Assembly (NCBI GenBank): GCA_032718475.1
Contig: JAUCBJ010005597.1
Location: 389-64,388, forward strand
Length of the DNA: 64,000 nucleotides
Direction: 5' to 3'
From: Nemertoderma westbladi
Taxonomy: Eukaryota > Animalia > Xenacoelomorpha
The stretch's first letter is position 1; the number at the start of each line of letters is the position of its first letter. Below the pieces are notes generated by a model. The model had not been told where the DNA came from, did no database searches, and saw only the letters and a program-made list of their open reading frames with translations. Both the position numbers and the translations under genes were made by a program. Positions 37,601 through 48,075 of the stretch are shown here, in pieces.

Positions 37601-40600
37601 TGCGGAGGCGGGAGGGGGTGAATGCGGAGGCGGGAGGGGGTGAATGCGGAGGCGGTGAATGCGGAGGCGGGAGGGGGTGAATGCGGAGGCGGGAGGGGGT
37701 GAATGCGGAGGCGGGAGGCGGTGAATGCGGAGGCGGGAGGCGGTGAATGCGGAGGCGGGAGGGGGTGAATGCGGAGGCGGGAGGCGGTGAATGCGGAGGC
37801 GGGAGGCGGTGAATGCGGAGGCGGGAGGGGGTGAATGCGGAGGCGGGAGGGGGTGAATGCGGAGGCGGGAGGGGGTGAATGCACTATCAATTAAATTCGG
37901 TTCGGCTTTGCATCAAAAATTGTCGTATTTTCATTTGTATTTTTGCTGTTTATAGTAGATCCAGTGCAGATCTTGGGCGCAACTTTAAACGTTTACGTAT
38001 TTAGTACGCAGCCCCAGAGAAACCCAAGGTAGACATGTTTGGGTTTTATGTTTTGAAGAGACAATATGAAAATTAGGTTCAGGACATAAACTGTCACTGG
38101 AAATATGAGGTTGAAAAAAGGGTTTTCTCAAAAAATATTACCGAACTTTAAAGGTTCACAGTTAATGGTAGATTAGGTAGGTCTAGTGGCACAATTACGA
38201 GCCCATTTTGATTGTATGCTTTCTATATAACCAATTGATGTGACCACATCATCTCCTACAGCGAAGCTATTGCCAAGAATCGAAGAATGTAACACCAACT
38301 CCGACAAAAACATAAAAATGTAGATCAAATTAATATTTATTGCAGCAAATCCATATTCATCAATATATAGTAACACGAAGTGGGGCCTTCGCGCAGCACG
38401 TGAAATGAGTTAATGCTAAGTATCAACTCGAAAGGATTATAAAAACATAGGAGAAGATTTTCCCGGAAAACGTTAACCCTCTAGCGGGAGACTGGGTAAC
38501 TGAAGAAGGAAGGATTAGTTTCCCTACAAAGCCACAGCCTATGGTCTATTACATATCTGCCAAATTTCAGCATAAATGGATTAAAAGCAAAGAAATGGGA
38601 GGACATTTAACGTTTAGACATGTGGCCCTCTAGCAGGAGACTATTGCTCTGATGGTGTCTGAAAGTCTCTCAAACGTCTCAACTTTTGATCATATTGATG
38701 CCTACAAATTTTCAACTTGGCAGCTTTAAATTCGACAAAGTTATAAGCATGTCAATATCATAACGACGACAACGATTTCACTTTCAGACATTTGGCCCTC
38801 TAGCGGCAGACTGGAGAACTGCAGATGGATTCGCCTCATTTGAAAGTCACAGCTAATGGTCTAATACATATCTGCCAAGTTTCAGCTTAAACGGATTAAA
38901 AGCAAAGAAATGGGAGGGCATTTAATGTTTAGACATGTGGCCCTCTAGCGGGAGACCATTGCACTGATGGTGTCTGAAAGTCTCTCAAAAATCTCAACTT
39001 TAGCTCATATTGATACCTACAAATTTTCAACTTGGCAGCTTTAAATCCGACAAAGTTATTAGCATGTCAAAATCGTAACGACGACAACGATTTCACTTTC
39101 AGACCTTTGGCCCTCTAGCGGCAGACTGGAGAACTGCAGATGGATTCGCCTCCTTTGAAAGTCACAGCTAATGGTCTAATACATATCTGCCAAGTTTCAG
39201 CTTAAACGGATTAAAAGCAAAGAAATGGGAGGGCATTTAATGTTTAGACATGTGGCCCTCTAGCGGGAGACCATTGCACTGATGGTGTCTGAAAGTCTCT
39301 CAAAAATCTCACCTTTAGCTCATATTGATACCTACAAATTTTCAACTTGGCAGCTTTAAATCCGACAAAGTTATTAGCATGTCAAAATCGTAACGACGAC
39401 AACGATTTCACTTTCAGACCTTTGGCCCTCTAGCGGCAGACTGGAGAACTGCAGATGGATTCGCCTCCTTTGAAAGTCACAGCTAATGGTCTAATACATA
39501 TCTGCCAAGTTTCAGCTTTAACGGATTAAAAGCAAAGAAATGGGAGGGCATTTAATGTTTAGACATGTGGCCCTCTAGCGGGAGACCATTGCACTGATGG
39601 TGTCTGAAAGTCTCTCAAAAATCTCAACTTTTGCTCATATTGATACCTACAAATTTTCAACTTGGCAGCTTTAAATCCGACAAAGTTATTAGCATGTCAA
39701 AATCGTAACGACGACAACGATTTCACTTTCAGACCTTTGGCCCTCTAGCGGCAGACTGGAGAACTGCAGATGGATTGGCCTCCTTTGAAAGTCACAGCTA
39801 ATGGTCTAATACATATCTGCCAAGTTTCAGCTTAAACGGATTAAAAGCAAAGAAATGGGAGGGCATTTAATGTTTAGACATGTGGCCCTCTAGCGGGAGA
39901 CCATTGCACTGATGGTGTCTGAAAGTCTCTCAAAAATCTCAACTTTAGCTCATATTGATACCTACAAATTTTCAACTTGGCAGCTTTAAATCCGACAAAG
40001 TTATTAGCATGTCAAAATCGTAACGACGACGACGACAACGACGACGACGACGACAACGACGACGACGACGACGCGACAACTATTTGCATAAATTGACCCA
40101 CCCCCTAACAGTGTCAATTCGCTAAGGCTCCGCCAACTTCGTGGCTCGCCCCACACGATAATTATTATAGCTATTAATTTCAACCCTCTAGGGGCCCTCT
40201 TCAGGCAAACTAAGATATAGCAGTAAGGTTACTAAAATATATAGACAACAACTGACGAACTGGGTGAGCCTTATAAACTTACCGGTAGATATGTATGAAC
40301 GTTATGAACGACTGAATAGACTTGCAAATGAATTGTAGGACCGTACTCTATTAATAAAGGAGTGCGCACAATACAATAGAGTACAGCCCAACAAGTCATT
40401 TACAAGTCTATTTAAGTCGTTATTCATATTCGTTATATCTTAGTTTGCCTGAAGAGGGCCAGGGTTGAAATTAATAACTATCAATAATTATATATACCGT
40501 TTTACTATATTGATTAATATGATTTGCTGCAATAAATATTAAATTAATCATTATCATCAATCTAACTCAGTTGATTATTCTTTCATTGTTAAAAATGTAG

Positions 40601-42259
40601 ACCGTGAACGCCGTTATCGAGGTGCTATAAATTTTGGTAACGTTGACGTGTTTATATTGAGTCACCACTAATTTAAATACTTCCAAGGTTCTCAACAATG
40701 AAAAAATCACATTTTATAAAAATCGACTGTTTGTTCCACGTCGAACCTAAAATCAGTCGACTTTGGATAAGTTTGTAGACCGCGGAAAATGTAGAGTTTG
40801 GAAAAACTCACAGAAACATCACCCAATATCTACAAAATGTTTATCCAAAGTCTAAAATTCAGTTCTATTCGGAATACGTTTTATAGAGCGGAATAGAGCT
40901 GAATACGTTTTATAGAGCGGAATACGTTTTATAGAGCGGAATAGAGCTGAATACGTTTTATAGAGCGGAATACGTTTTATAGAGCGGAATACGCTCCAAA
41001 GGATCAGGGATTATTACGCAATCTCAAAGACCCCCCATCTATTAATAGTCTGCAGCAGTTCAGTTGTGCCCGACCCTTGACGGCCCCTCACTCGATATAT
41101 CACCGCTAAACAGGACAAAAGCACTAGACTCTAACCATATTCAGGGAGCTGTTATTCTTTAACCTTATAGCGATTTGTTGACAGTTATATTGAGACTGAC
41201 TGAGTGATAGCGTTATTCTGTTTTAAGCATATACAACAATAACTTATTTAGAATATACTATCTAATTTGGAAAGTACTAAACCAACCTTCTGTTAGCACA
41301 ATAGCGACAAAGTAGATATTTTTCCGGGTAATGTTTATGAGGTAATGGTGGGGAGTGGAAATTACCGGTGGGATATCCTCAGGGGTGCTCGCCTTCTTCT
41401 GAGCCTCAAAGAAATAGTCGCATATCGATCTATTTATAACACTCTTCCAATGTTTCTCAAGGAAAATATCACTGCAATAGAATACAAAATGTAAGACTTT
41501 TTTTTAATTAGTGTACGAGAAGTTCTATTTACGACCGACTTTATATTAAAATTCAAGTTTTGGAGTTGAACAAATGGTATTCCATTGTATAATAATTATG
41601 ACATACAGAGGTAATTAAATACAGAAATAGGTCTAATAAATACCAGTACCGTAGTATTTCAGCCAATTTCCAAATGTAATCTACGATGCCCGGTGGCTGA
41701 ATTGTGCCAATTAAAAAATAATAATAATTTATGGTCGACCATAAATTAATAAGCGGATAAGTGGTCGACCATAAATTAATAAATGGTCGACCATAAATTA
41801 TTAATTTTTTTCAATTGGCACAATTCAGCCAATGTAGTATGAATAATGGTAAACTTGAAATGGTAAAAAATAAGTAATCCCAAAGATGAAAGTTTTTATT
41901 CCATAGGTAATGAGGGTTAATTTTTCGAGTTACATCCCTGCATCCATAAAAACACGCCTTCTGTAATGTCTTGGGGGCCTTCTGCTGTCCTGGGCTTCCT
42001 TCCATTTTAGAGTTGAATTTACAACTTAAAATGCAGAAATGTCCGGAAATAAATATTATTATATTCTACATTTATTGCTGTATTGATAATACCGAAATAA
42101 TCACAGCGACCGTGATCGTTGGGTTGGTAATAAATTACTAAATTATTAAAGAAAGGATCGCAATATACGGGTGCGGTGCAAGGTCAGACTGACTAAAGGT
42201 CGATACGGTAACTTCTGAACTTACCCAGTGGAATTAATTATAAACAAGCTGCTTATCAT
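13544..42259 (-). CDS. AP3M1: AP-3 adaptor complex mu subunit (mu3), whole multi-exon CDS span
   Basis: Exons joined by hand with consistent phases: 42225-42259, 41287-41471, 35693-35805, 34585-34706, [27393-27519 or 25464-25593], 24959-25179, 24558-24660, 23230-23391, 14901-15020, 13544-13609. The total is 1254 nt (417 aa), colinear with vertebrate mu3A from MI.SLF.IN..GDIFLEKHWKSV to KYKPFKGVKY.TKAG.FQVRT*. Confidence 0.96.
14901..15020 (-). CDS. AP3M1: AP3M exon 9
   Basis: ttttag|INLQHGVPLPDSNPIVTVHFKIEQLAVSGLRVNRLDMYGE|gtaagt. Confidence 0.95.
15448..22266. repeat. 49-bp minisatellite array, ~139 copies, in AP3M intron 8
   Basis: Unit ttctcaacga(c/t)acgctactgggggagagaacttcgggcctaggttgaac, head to tail with no spacers. 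Confidence 0.98.
22370..23258 (-). repeat. 48-bp minisatellite derived from the AP3M exon 8 / intron 8 junction, 18 full copies plus a partial
   Basis: Unit is the last 27 exonic nt (TANPKISGT) plus gtaagtaaatctcattcacta/aa. It is stop-free, translating as TADPKISGTVSKSHSQ repeats. Confidence 0.95.
23230..23391 (-). CDS. AP3M1: AP3M exon 8
   Basis: ttttcag|VDLLQLSVQLPKSVLNVNLNATQGTYNFDQQNKRMIWDVGKLQPQTANPKISGT|gtaagt. Confidence 0.92.
24558..24660 (-). CDS. AP3M1: AP3M exon 7
   Basis: tttag|(N)MVAIPVFVKPSISFRDSGGRLDISVGSKQSMGKT|gtgagt. Confidence 0.95.
24959..25179 (-). CDS. AP3M1: AP3M exon 6
   Basis: ttttag|GSTVSAEITGVIDCSIRLSGMPDLTLTFVNPRLLDDVAFHPCVRYKRWESERLLSFVPPDGNFRLMTYHIGAQ|gtaggt. 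Confidence 0.96.
25464..25593 (-). CDS. AP3M1: AP3M alternative exon 5B (divergent duplicate, putative mutually exclusive exon)
   Basis: Pyrimidine tract then tgattag|(N)LSARLPAGQLFSPVPWRRANVSYTSNEALVDIIDSLDCIIDNL|gtaagt. It is 130 nt, stop-free, and has the same phases (2/0) as exon 5A. Confidence 0.8.
25748..26693. mobile_element. Non-autonomous TIR element (MITE, PIF/Harbinger-like ends) between exons 5A and 5B
   Basis: tta|gggaccgtgtacaaaataatgtcacg ... cgtgacataatttgtgcacggtcc(ggc)ccc|taa. Related single ends at ~12925 and ~49497. Confidence 0.7.
27393..27519 (-). CDS. AP3M1: AP3M exon 5A (canonical)
   Basis: ccctag|(N)VSDQLPAGQLSNVPWRRTGVRYTNNEAYFDCVEEIDTIIDKS|gtgagt; 127 nt. Confidence 0.95.
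27697..34560. repeat. 43-bp (46-bp variants) minisatellite array, roughly 155 copies, filling AP3M intron 4
   Basis: Unit gctgcgggtaccattggtttagtgtacgttggacccacagtta, with +tta and +gca variants. Confidence 0.98.
34585..34706 (-). CDS. AP3M1: AP3M exon 4
   Basis: ttttag|LLEEMLDNGFPLATESNILQELIRPPNILRSVVNTVTGKS(N)|gttagt. Confidence 0.95.
35310..35615 (+). mobile_element. tRNA-derived SINE
   Basis: Pol III-like A box (tggtgtgtagtag) and B box (ggttcgatcc), with a T-rich tail. A second copy lies inverted at 44865-45137. Confidence 0.75.
35693..35805 (-). CDS. AP3M1: AP3M exon 3 (GC donor)
   Basis: tttctag|(V)PPLFVLEFLYRVVDTFNDYFQECNETTIKDNLVVVYE|gcgagt. Confidence 0.92.
35922..37882. repeat. 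22-bp G-rich minisatellite, ~89 copies, in AP3M intron 2
   Basis: Unit ggaggcgggagg(c/g)ggtgaatgc. Confidence 0.97.
38372..40158 (+). mobile_element. Helentron/HINE-like non-autonomous element with an internal 315-bp tandem array (~5 units)
   Basis: The period is 315 (taacgacgac at 38761, 39076, 39391, 39706, 40021), followed by (gac)n. Short subterminal inverted repeats cacgaagt / acttcgtg. Related ends in reverse orientation at ~15340-15370 and 47740-48070. The family assignment is inferred from architecture only. Confidence 0.6.
40157..40495. repeat. ~340-bp imperfect foldback with hammerhead-like cores in both outer arms
   Basis: 40160-40222 is the reverse complement of 40432-40492, and 40305-40352 pairs with 40376-40426. 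Confidence 0.75.
40870..40995. repeat. Short tandem repeat (cggaatacgttttatagag)
   Basis: About 4-5 imperfect copies of a 19-bp unit. Confidence 0.8.
41287..41471 (-). CDS. AP3M1: AP3M exon 2
   Basis: ttgcag|(G)DIFLEKHWKSVINRSICDYFFEAQKKASTPEDIPPVISTPHHYLINITRKNIYFVAIVLTE|gttggt. Confidence 0.96.
42225..42259 (-). CDS. AP3M1: AP3M first coding exon
   Basis: ATG-ISSLFIINST(G)|gtaagt; matches the mu3A start MIHSLFLINCSG. Confidence 0.92.
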
Positions 42260-43974
42260 CTTAACTCTGTAACTGCTAAACTGTTTAACGTTTAGGTTCA
42301 GAGGTTAGGCAGTTAGGCTACCTGCTACCGGTACCGTTCCGTTAGACTAAATCCTCCTCCAGCCCTCTTTCAGTGTCAATCTGTCAAGTGTTCAGTCTTT
42401 TCCAGTTTTCTTCTTTTTCAATTCTGCAATTTTTGTTTTAAGATTTAGATTTAGACAGTCCTGACAGTCGACAGTGTGTTAGAACTCACGGGCTTCACTG
42501 GCAGACTGGTAGTGCTGGCCCGTGGCCCTGGCAGTCTGGCAGTGTGGTGTGCGTGGCCTGACCGGAGGGCAGAGGGAGGAGAGCAGAGAGGCTATCCAAT
42601 TATTCCTGAATTCACAATTTCCGCATTTAGCAGTTTCTGAGTTTAGCTGTTTTACCAGGATTACTGGATTACCAATTACTGCTGTTCGTACGGTACAGCG
42701 GTACCGGTACTGGTTTAGATTTTCGCAGTTCTACAATTCCGATTCCTAGGTCTGTCTGTAGCAGTGCTGCAGTGTAGTTTAGCAAGCAATATGCGAACAG
42801 TACTAGTCAGCCAGTGGCGGGGCGGTAACGAACTTAGATCCCACTTTCTTAACGGCCTTTTAGCAACCAAACCACGTTTTCAAATGTAGTTTTGTAACTT
42901 AGGTAATCCCCGCTCCTCCGCTCAAGAGGCGAAGCGAACTTTAATTCTACACATGTATTGTACACGGTACTTCCAGAACTACTGTATATGTGCTAAAAAT
43001 TGATTTCCAATAGTAAAGAAACATTTATACAGTATTTCTGAATTTTTATTATAAATTGAGGGCCATATTATTTAATGTTTATAGGCCTAATAATAGTAGT
43101 TCTAATACCAGAATACTGTATTAACTAGTTAATAGTAGTCCTACTATATTAGTCCTACTATTATTATATATTAACTGTAGGTACAGTATATAAAATTCAA
43201 GGAATTGATGTGGGGCTGGTATTCATGAATCCGTTATTTATTCCCAAATTGAATCTATATGGGCTATGTATGCCCGGATTAAATATTAATAATAATAATT
43301 CCGAACTACACGTAAGTCCAAATAAGTGCGAAGCCAAGCAAATATTGAGCAATGGCGCCTATTTGCAGTAGCACCAAGGCGTAGGCCTACTATATTACGC
43401 CACGCCTGAGTAGCACCGAATTGTAATGGTATTCACTGAGCCTGATAGTTCCGGAAAAGTCGGATGTCAGTATAATGGCATAATTATAATCACCTAATTC
43501 AAGCCTATATGATTGGCTGATTGGCAGGCCATTTGTCTGGCCAATCAGTGGCTGCTTGAAATTGGGATGTTTTAATGTCTAATATTATAGGCCCTAAACC
43601 GTCACCATCAGACCTTGTAAGAAAAATAGTTTCAGTTTATTTTAATTCTACCGCGGTAGGTTGAGCTTGAGCTTCAGGTTCCCAGAATATGATACACGTT
43701 TGTATAGGGAATACGCAAATATTGCGACCCCTTACAAATAATCAGCTTCGAGGAATATTAAAACATTATGAAGTTGTAGAAGTTTCGGTTAGAGATTATT
43801 TGCCAGACAGTGGCCGACGGATAAACTGAATAAAGTATGCCTGTATATGTAAACTTTCTGATCTCTTCTGGCGCCTACGTCTGTACCGGTATGTGGCGAC
43901 CACTTTTTCTGTGATATATAGAAATATGTTTTGCATTACATTTTGGAATCAATTTAAAATAATATAACCAGATA

Positions 43975-44225
43975 GGGGGGATGGGAGGGGGGTGGGGGAA
44001 ACTGGGCGCAATAAAAATTCATCCCTCTCCAGGGGATATTGACGCAAATAACAGCTGATTACTCTCAAAAATAAAACTGTAACCTGTTCTATTGTGTTTA
44101 GTTTATTGTTTTGGTTAAAATAACGTGCCACTGTAACCTGCTCATTTTCCTAAATTGATAATTTAACATTGAGGGGGAATATTAATTCGCCAAGATGGGA
44201 TTGGCGTCCACTTTCTCCCCTGTCT
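43975..44225 (-). repeat. Second copy of the dispersed repeat at 3785-4020
   Basis: Reverse-complement similarity over ~240 bp. Confidence 0.75.
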
Positions 44226-44864
44226 CCATATTACATATTCTACGGAGCATTTTTGTAATAGTAATTGGCAGTCAAGCTACTGTAATACCTTAACCTTATA
44301 CTGTAGTCCATATTCAGATATTGTACAGTATATTCTAATAATGGTTTCTAGAGACGACGTTTGCAACAATCAACCATCCAGTTATGAAAAGGTGCAGTAG
44401 TGTAAGTCTACCGTGGTGTAGGGTCTGTACACCATACAGTAGTAAAGATGATTTCTATTCGTTATTCTATAGTATGTCGTGCATATTATCTTTGGTAATA
44501 CAGTACTTTGATAGAATATACGAGTCTGCAAGTATAGGGCCTAACAAAAGTGATTTCCCCCAACCGACACCCGTTGTGGAAATTAGGCCGAACACCTATG
44601 GGAACAGTGTTCAGTGTTAGCCAATGAGGGGAGCTTATTTAAGGAACAGCCAATTAAAAGCCCAGAAATACTTCCATATGCTGATTATAATAATTGCTAT
44701 TTCATTATACAAATTTTACACTATATAATTACTGAACTGTCAGACAGACGTTTTCATCATGACTGTGGTAAAACATTTATAATTGTTGATTTCTGATCTG
44801 CTGTCTACCGTGGCTGATTGTCAGACTCAGACACCCTTTCAAATTTACCCTGCAAAAAGTAAAA

Positions 44865-45137
44865 AGTAAAGTAAATTTTCTTCGGCCGCTAGGCCAGGGA
44901 TTACGCACAAAGTCTGACGACTTATTTCCAGTGCGGTCCCCCCAGAACTTTACTCCCCAGAGGAAACTCCAGACTCACTTTAGCTACCACTTAAGGATGC
45001 AAGGCAGAGATGCGCCCTGGCTGGTTCCTTTAAAGCATTCGTGCCGAAACGAAAACTGCCCTGGCCCATGTGAGGATCGAACCCACGACCTACAGGAGAT
45101 GTGAATTCAATGCAACCACTACACCAAGGTGGAACCT
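44865..45137 (-). mobile_element. tRNA-derived SINE, second copy
   Basis: Reverse complement of 35310-35615, lacking an internal duplication; (tttac)n tail. Confidence 0.75.
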
Positions 45138-45405
45138 AATTTTTGATTTAAGGGAAGGAACCAGGTTACAGAGGAGGGCTTTTCTATCCAAAACAATACA
45201 CGAACATGCTAGCAATAGATGGAAAGGAGCATCTTTCAGATGTGGGTTAAATTAGCTATTTAATTACCATCATTTACGACAGTAAAACACAATACATATC
45301 GCAGAACTGCCGTATAATTCTTTCTCGGGTTTACCTATACAGTATAATACTGCACTATACTGTTACCGATACTGATGTCCTAAGAGACTTAGGAGCAGAG
45401 GAGAG

Positions 45406-46309
45406 CCGGTGTAACAGCGGATTCTGTCCCCCCGCGGATATGGTCCGGGGGGACCGAATCCGCTAGCGGATTGAGTCCGGGGGGACCGAATCCGCTAGCG
45501 GATTCTGTCCCCCCTCCGCAGATTGAGTCCCCCCCTTAAATTATAATTTTACAGTACAGTCAGACAGTGCTGAGTGCAGCAGTACTGGTACGGACATAGC
45601 AACGTAGGCGTAGCTTATGCATTAAATTATCGGTCAGACCTGCAGACTGATTAAAATTCAACATTATAGATTCATTATGGATGAGGGATGATTACATGAT
45701 GAGGAGGAAGATACTGTACTGTCCCTATTACAGTAATAAACATACTGTAGTTCGAGTTGTCAGGCCTCATTACCTAGGCCTAATATATGTACTGATAGTA
45801 TTTTCGGGGTGAGGGGGGGGGGGGGGGGGGGGGGGGGGTGGTATATTCAGTTCAACTGTTACACCTAAACCCAACTGAGTAACAGTTATTCATATTCATT
45901 CATATTATTAGTTTGCAGGTGGGGAGGATATATTTTCTAATAATAAAAAGGCTAAAACAATATAACCTCATTACAATAAATTTATCGTACTACGAAATTG
46001 GGGAGGAGCAGGTTACACAGACAAGGTTTTCAAACCAGAACAATAAACGATACATACTGAATAACCGGTCTGCCAGTACTGTAACCATTGACAATAAGGA
46101 AGGGAACGGAGCAGTCTGGCAGTGTATTTTGAATTTATTGCAATAACATTGGGGGGACCAAATCCGCGAACGAGGACCCAATCCGCTAGCAGATTTGGTC
46201 CTAGGGAGACCAAATCTGCTAGCGGATTGGGTCCGGGGGACTAAATCCGCTAGCAGATCCGGTCCGGGGGGACCGATTCTTCGGGGGACTGAATCCGCTG
46301 TTACACCGG
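45406..46309. mobile_element. Non-autonomous TIR transposon (MITE) with subterminal repeats
   Basis: TIRs ccggtgtaacagcggattc.gtcccc / ggggactgaatccgctgttacaccgg, with repeated gggggacc.aatccgctagc motifs at both ends. No clear TSD. Confidence 0.85.
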
Positions 46310-46678
46310 TATACAAGAATACACCAGTCCGCCAGTAGTGATACCGGTACCGTGGAACATATAATCGGAAATAAAAACGGACAAATGGACCTAATGAGTG
46401 ATGTAAACGGACAAGAAAATGTATTCTGATTACCGGGTATTAATTATTTCTGTATGTCACACACGGTTCGGCAGTTCTGGCATCTGGCTGTCTGGTGTTA
46501 TCAAAATGACTGAATGATATCGATATCACACTGTACAGCTGTATCTCTGTGTGCAGTAATACTCACAGCTGTTAGGTACGGTACTGAAGTCAGGAAGTAG
46601 GCCTACAACTGTAAGTTATTATTCATACCGTCAGCTAGAACCCTTTGAAAAGAAACTAAGAAACAGGCAAAGAACTAC

Positions 46679-47317
46679 ATGACTAACTTATTTATTATCC
46701 CGCGATTCCATCGATATATAATTAAACCCCGGTCTGAGAATCTCATATACCGCGTACATGCAGCTCCACGATCAACACTCGGATCTAAAACGATAACTAC
46801 CGGTAGGCCCCCAACCTATTATCATGGGAACTCTAAAGTTCTATACGATGGATTGTATCAAGTTTATCAAGGAGAGAGTAAACGTATTATTGTCTGGTCT
46901 AAACTCATTTCTTTGAGCTCCAGTATAGCCGGTAGTCTTGTACTCTACGCAATAAGTAAAGGCTCGTTAGCCTCCGCTCCAATTCTGGGCGGCGCATTGG
47001 CTTCCTTGGCGTTTATGTTTACGTGCGGAACTCCATTTCTCCTCCATTTATTGTGTATGCGATACGTCGAAGAATTGCATTACAACCCAGACGATCAACT
47101 ATTTACCGCTGTAACTTACAATCTGTTTATGATAAGGAAGATACATTTATTTACGGTGTCACAAGTTAAATATCCCCAGACTCCTGGATTGTTCACTACC
47201 TTCTATGTTGGTTGGCGACCGTTTGTTCTTGACATTGAGAAGGTTGAACCGGAAACTTGTTGTATTCTAATGAGATTCGGTGAGAAAATCACTCAACTCA
47301 ACGACAAACGAAACTAA
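46679..47317 (+). CDS. TMEM70: TMEM70 (mitochondrial ATP synthase assembly factor), single coding exon
   Basis: Arg-rich presequence-like N-terminus, VYQG...SKLISLSSS, two hydrophobic segments, then TPFLLHLLCMRYVEELHY...FTAVTYN...VKYP...LFTTFYV. Compare human TPVLLHFITKGYVIRLYH...YKAITYN...VKIP...VFTTFYA. Confidence 0.88.
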   Translation: MTNLFIIPRFHRYIIKPRSENLIYRVHAAPRSTLGSKTITTGRPPTYYHGNSKVLYDGLYQVYQGESKRIIVWSKLISLSSSIAGSLVLYAISKGSLASAPILGGALASLAFMFTCGTPFLLHLLCMRYVEELHYNPDDQLFTAVTYNLFMIRKIHLFTVSQVKYPQTPGLFTTFYVGWRPFVLDIEKVEPETCCILMRFGEKITQLNDKRN

Positions 47318-47739
47318 AACCTACGAAATACAAACAGGTACGTTTCTAGGTGAAACCCTAATCAGTATTCATTCAATGAATAGTTGTGTTGATTTGATAT
47401 GCGTACGTATAGGGTTAAACATTTATGTTTCATAAAAGGCTGGTTCTTAAAGTATAACAGTACAGCAGTACAGTAACTCCAGATATATTTGGTGGAGTTG
47501 GTTCTAGAGTACTTTTAGCTCTAGGTCCTAAACCGAATATCTGCGTGATTAGTTCCAACGGAATACTGCAGTTTTTTTGTGGGGAATTTTAATAAAATCG
47601 GATATAAATAACAAGTTAGTAAATTTAAATGATTATTTTATTTGATTATTATTATTGATGATAATTACTAGTCAGCTAGTAGTTAAAAGTACAAGAAGCC
47701 AATGTTTATTCAATCGAACAAGTTTGCTAAGTATCCTGC

Positions 47740-48075
47740 AGCTCGTGGGGCGAGCCACGACACGAAGTTGTCGGATAAGTGGCAATGTTAGCGGGGTGGG
47801 ACTATATTTGCAAGTAGTTGTCGTCGTTACGATTTTGACATGCTAATAACTTTGTCGGATTTAAAGCTGTCTAGTTGAAAAGATTGTAGGCATTAATAGG
47901 TACTATAGTTTAGATTTTTAGAAACCATCAGTGCAACATTCTCCCGATAGAAAGCTAAATATTCAGCAGATATATACTAAACCATTACCATTGCCCTTAA
48001 TTTGAGGCTAATCCTTGAAATAATATTTGAAAGTGAAAACATTCTCCCGTTTCCTTGATTGTAATCCGTTTAAGG
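47740..48075 (-). mobile_element. Decayed copy of the 38372-40158 element (3' end plus about one unit)
   Basis: gtggggcgagccacga...gtcgtcgttacgattttgacatgctaataactttgtcggatttaaagctg is the reverse complement of sequence at 39980-40155. Confidence 0.8.

Noticed and set aside
35914-37890. 658-aa proline-rich, extensin-like ORF
   Set aside because: It is the translation of a stop-free 22-bp minisatellite cycling through all three frames inside an AP3M intron.
38950-38990. Hammerhead-like ctgatgg...gaaa in the 315-bp unit
   Set aside because: The core is CUGAUGG rather than CUGANGA, and no stem II can form.
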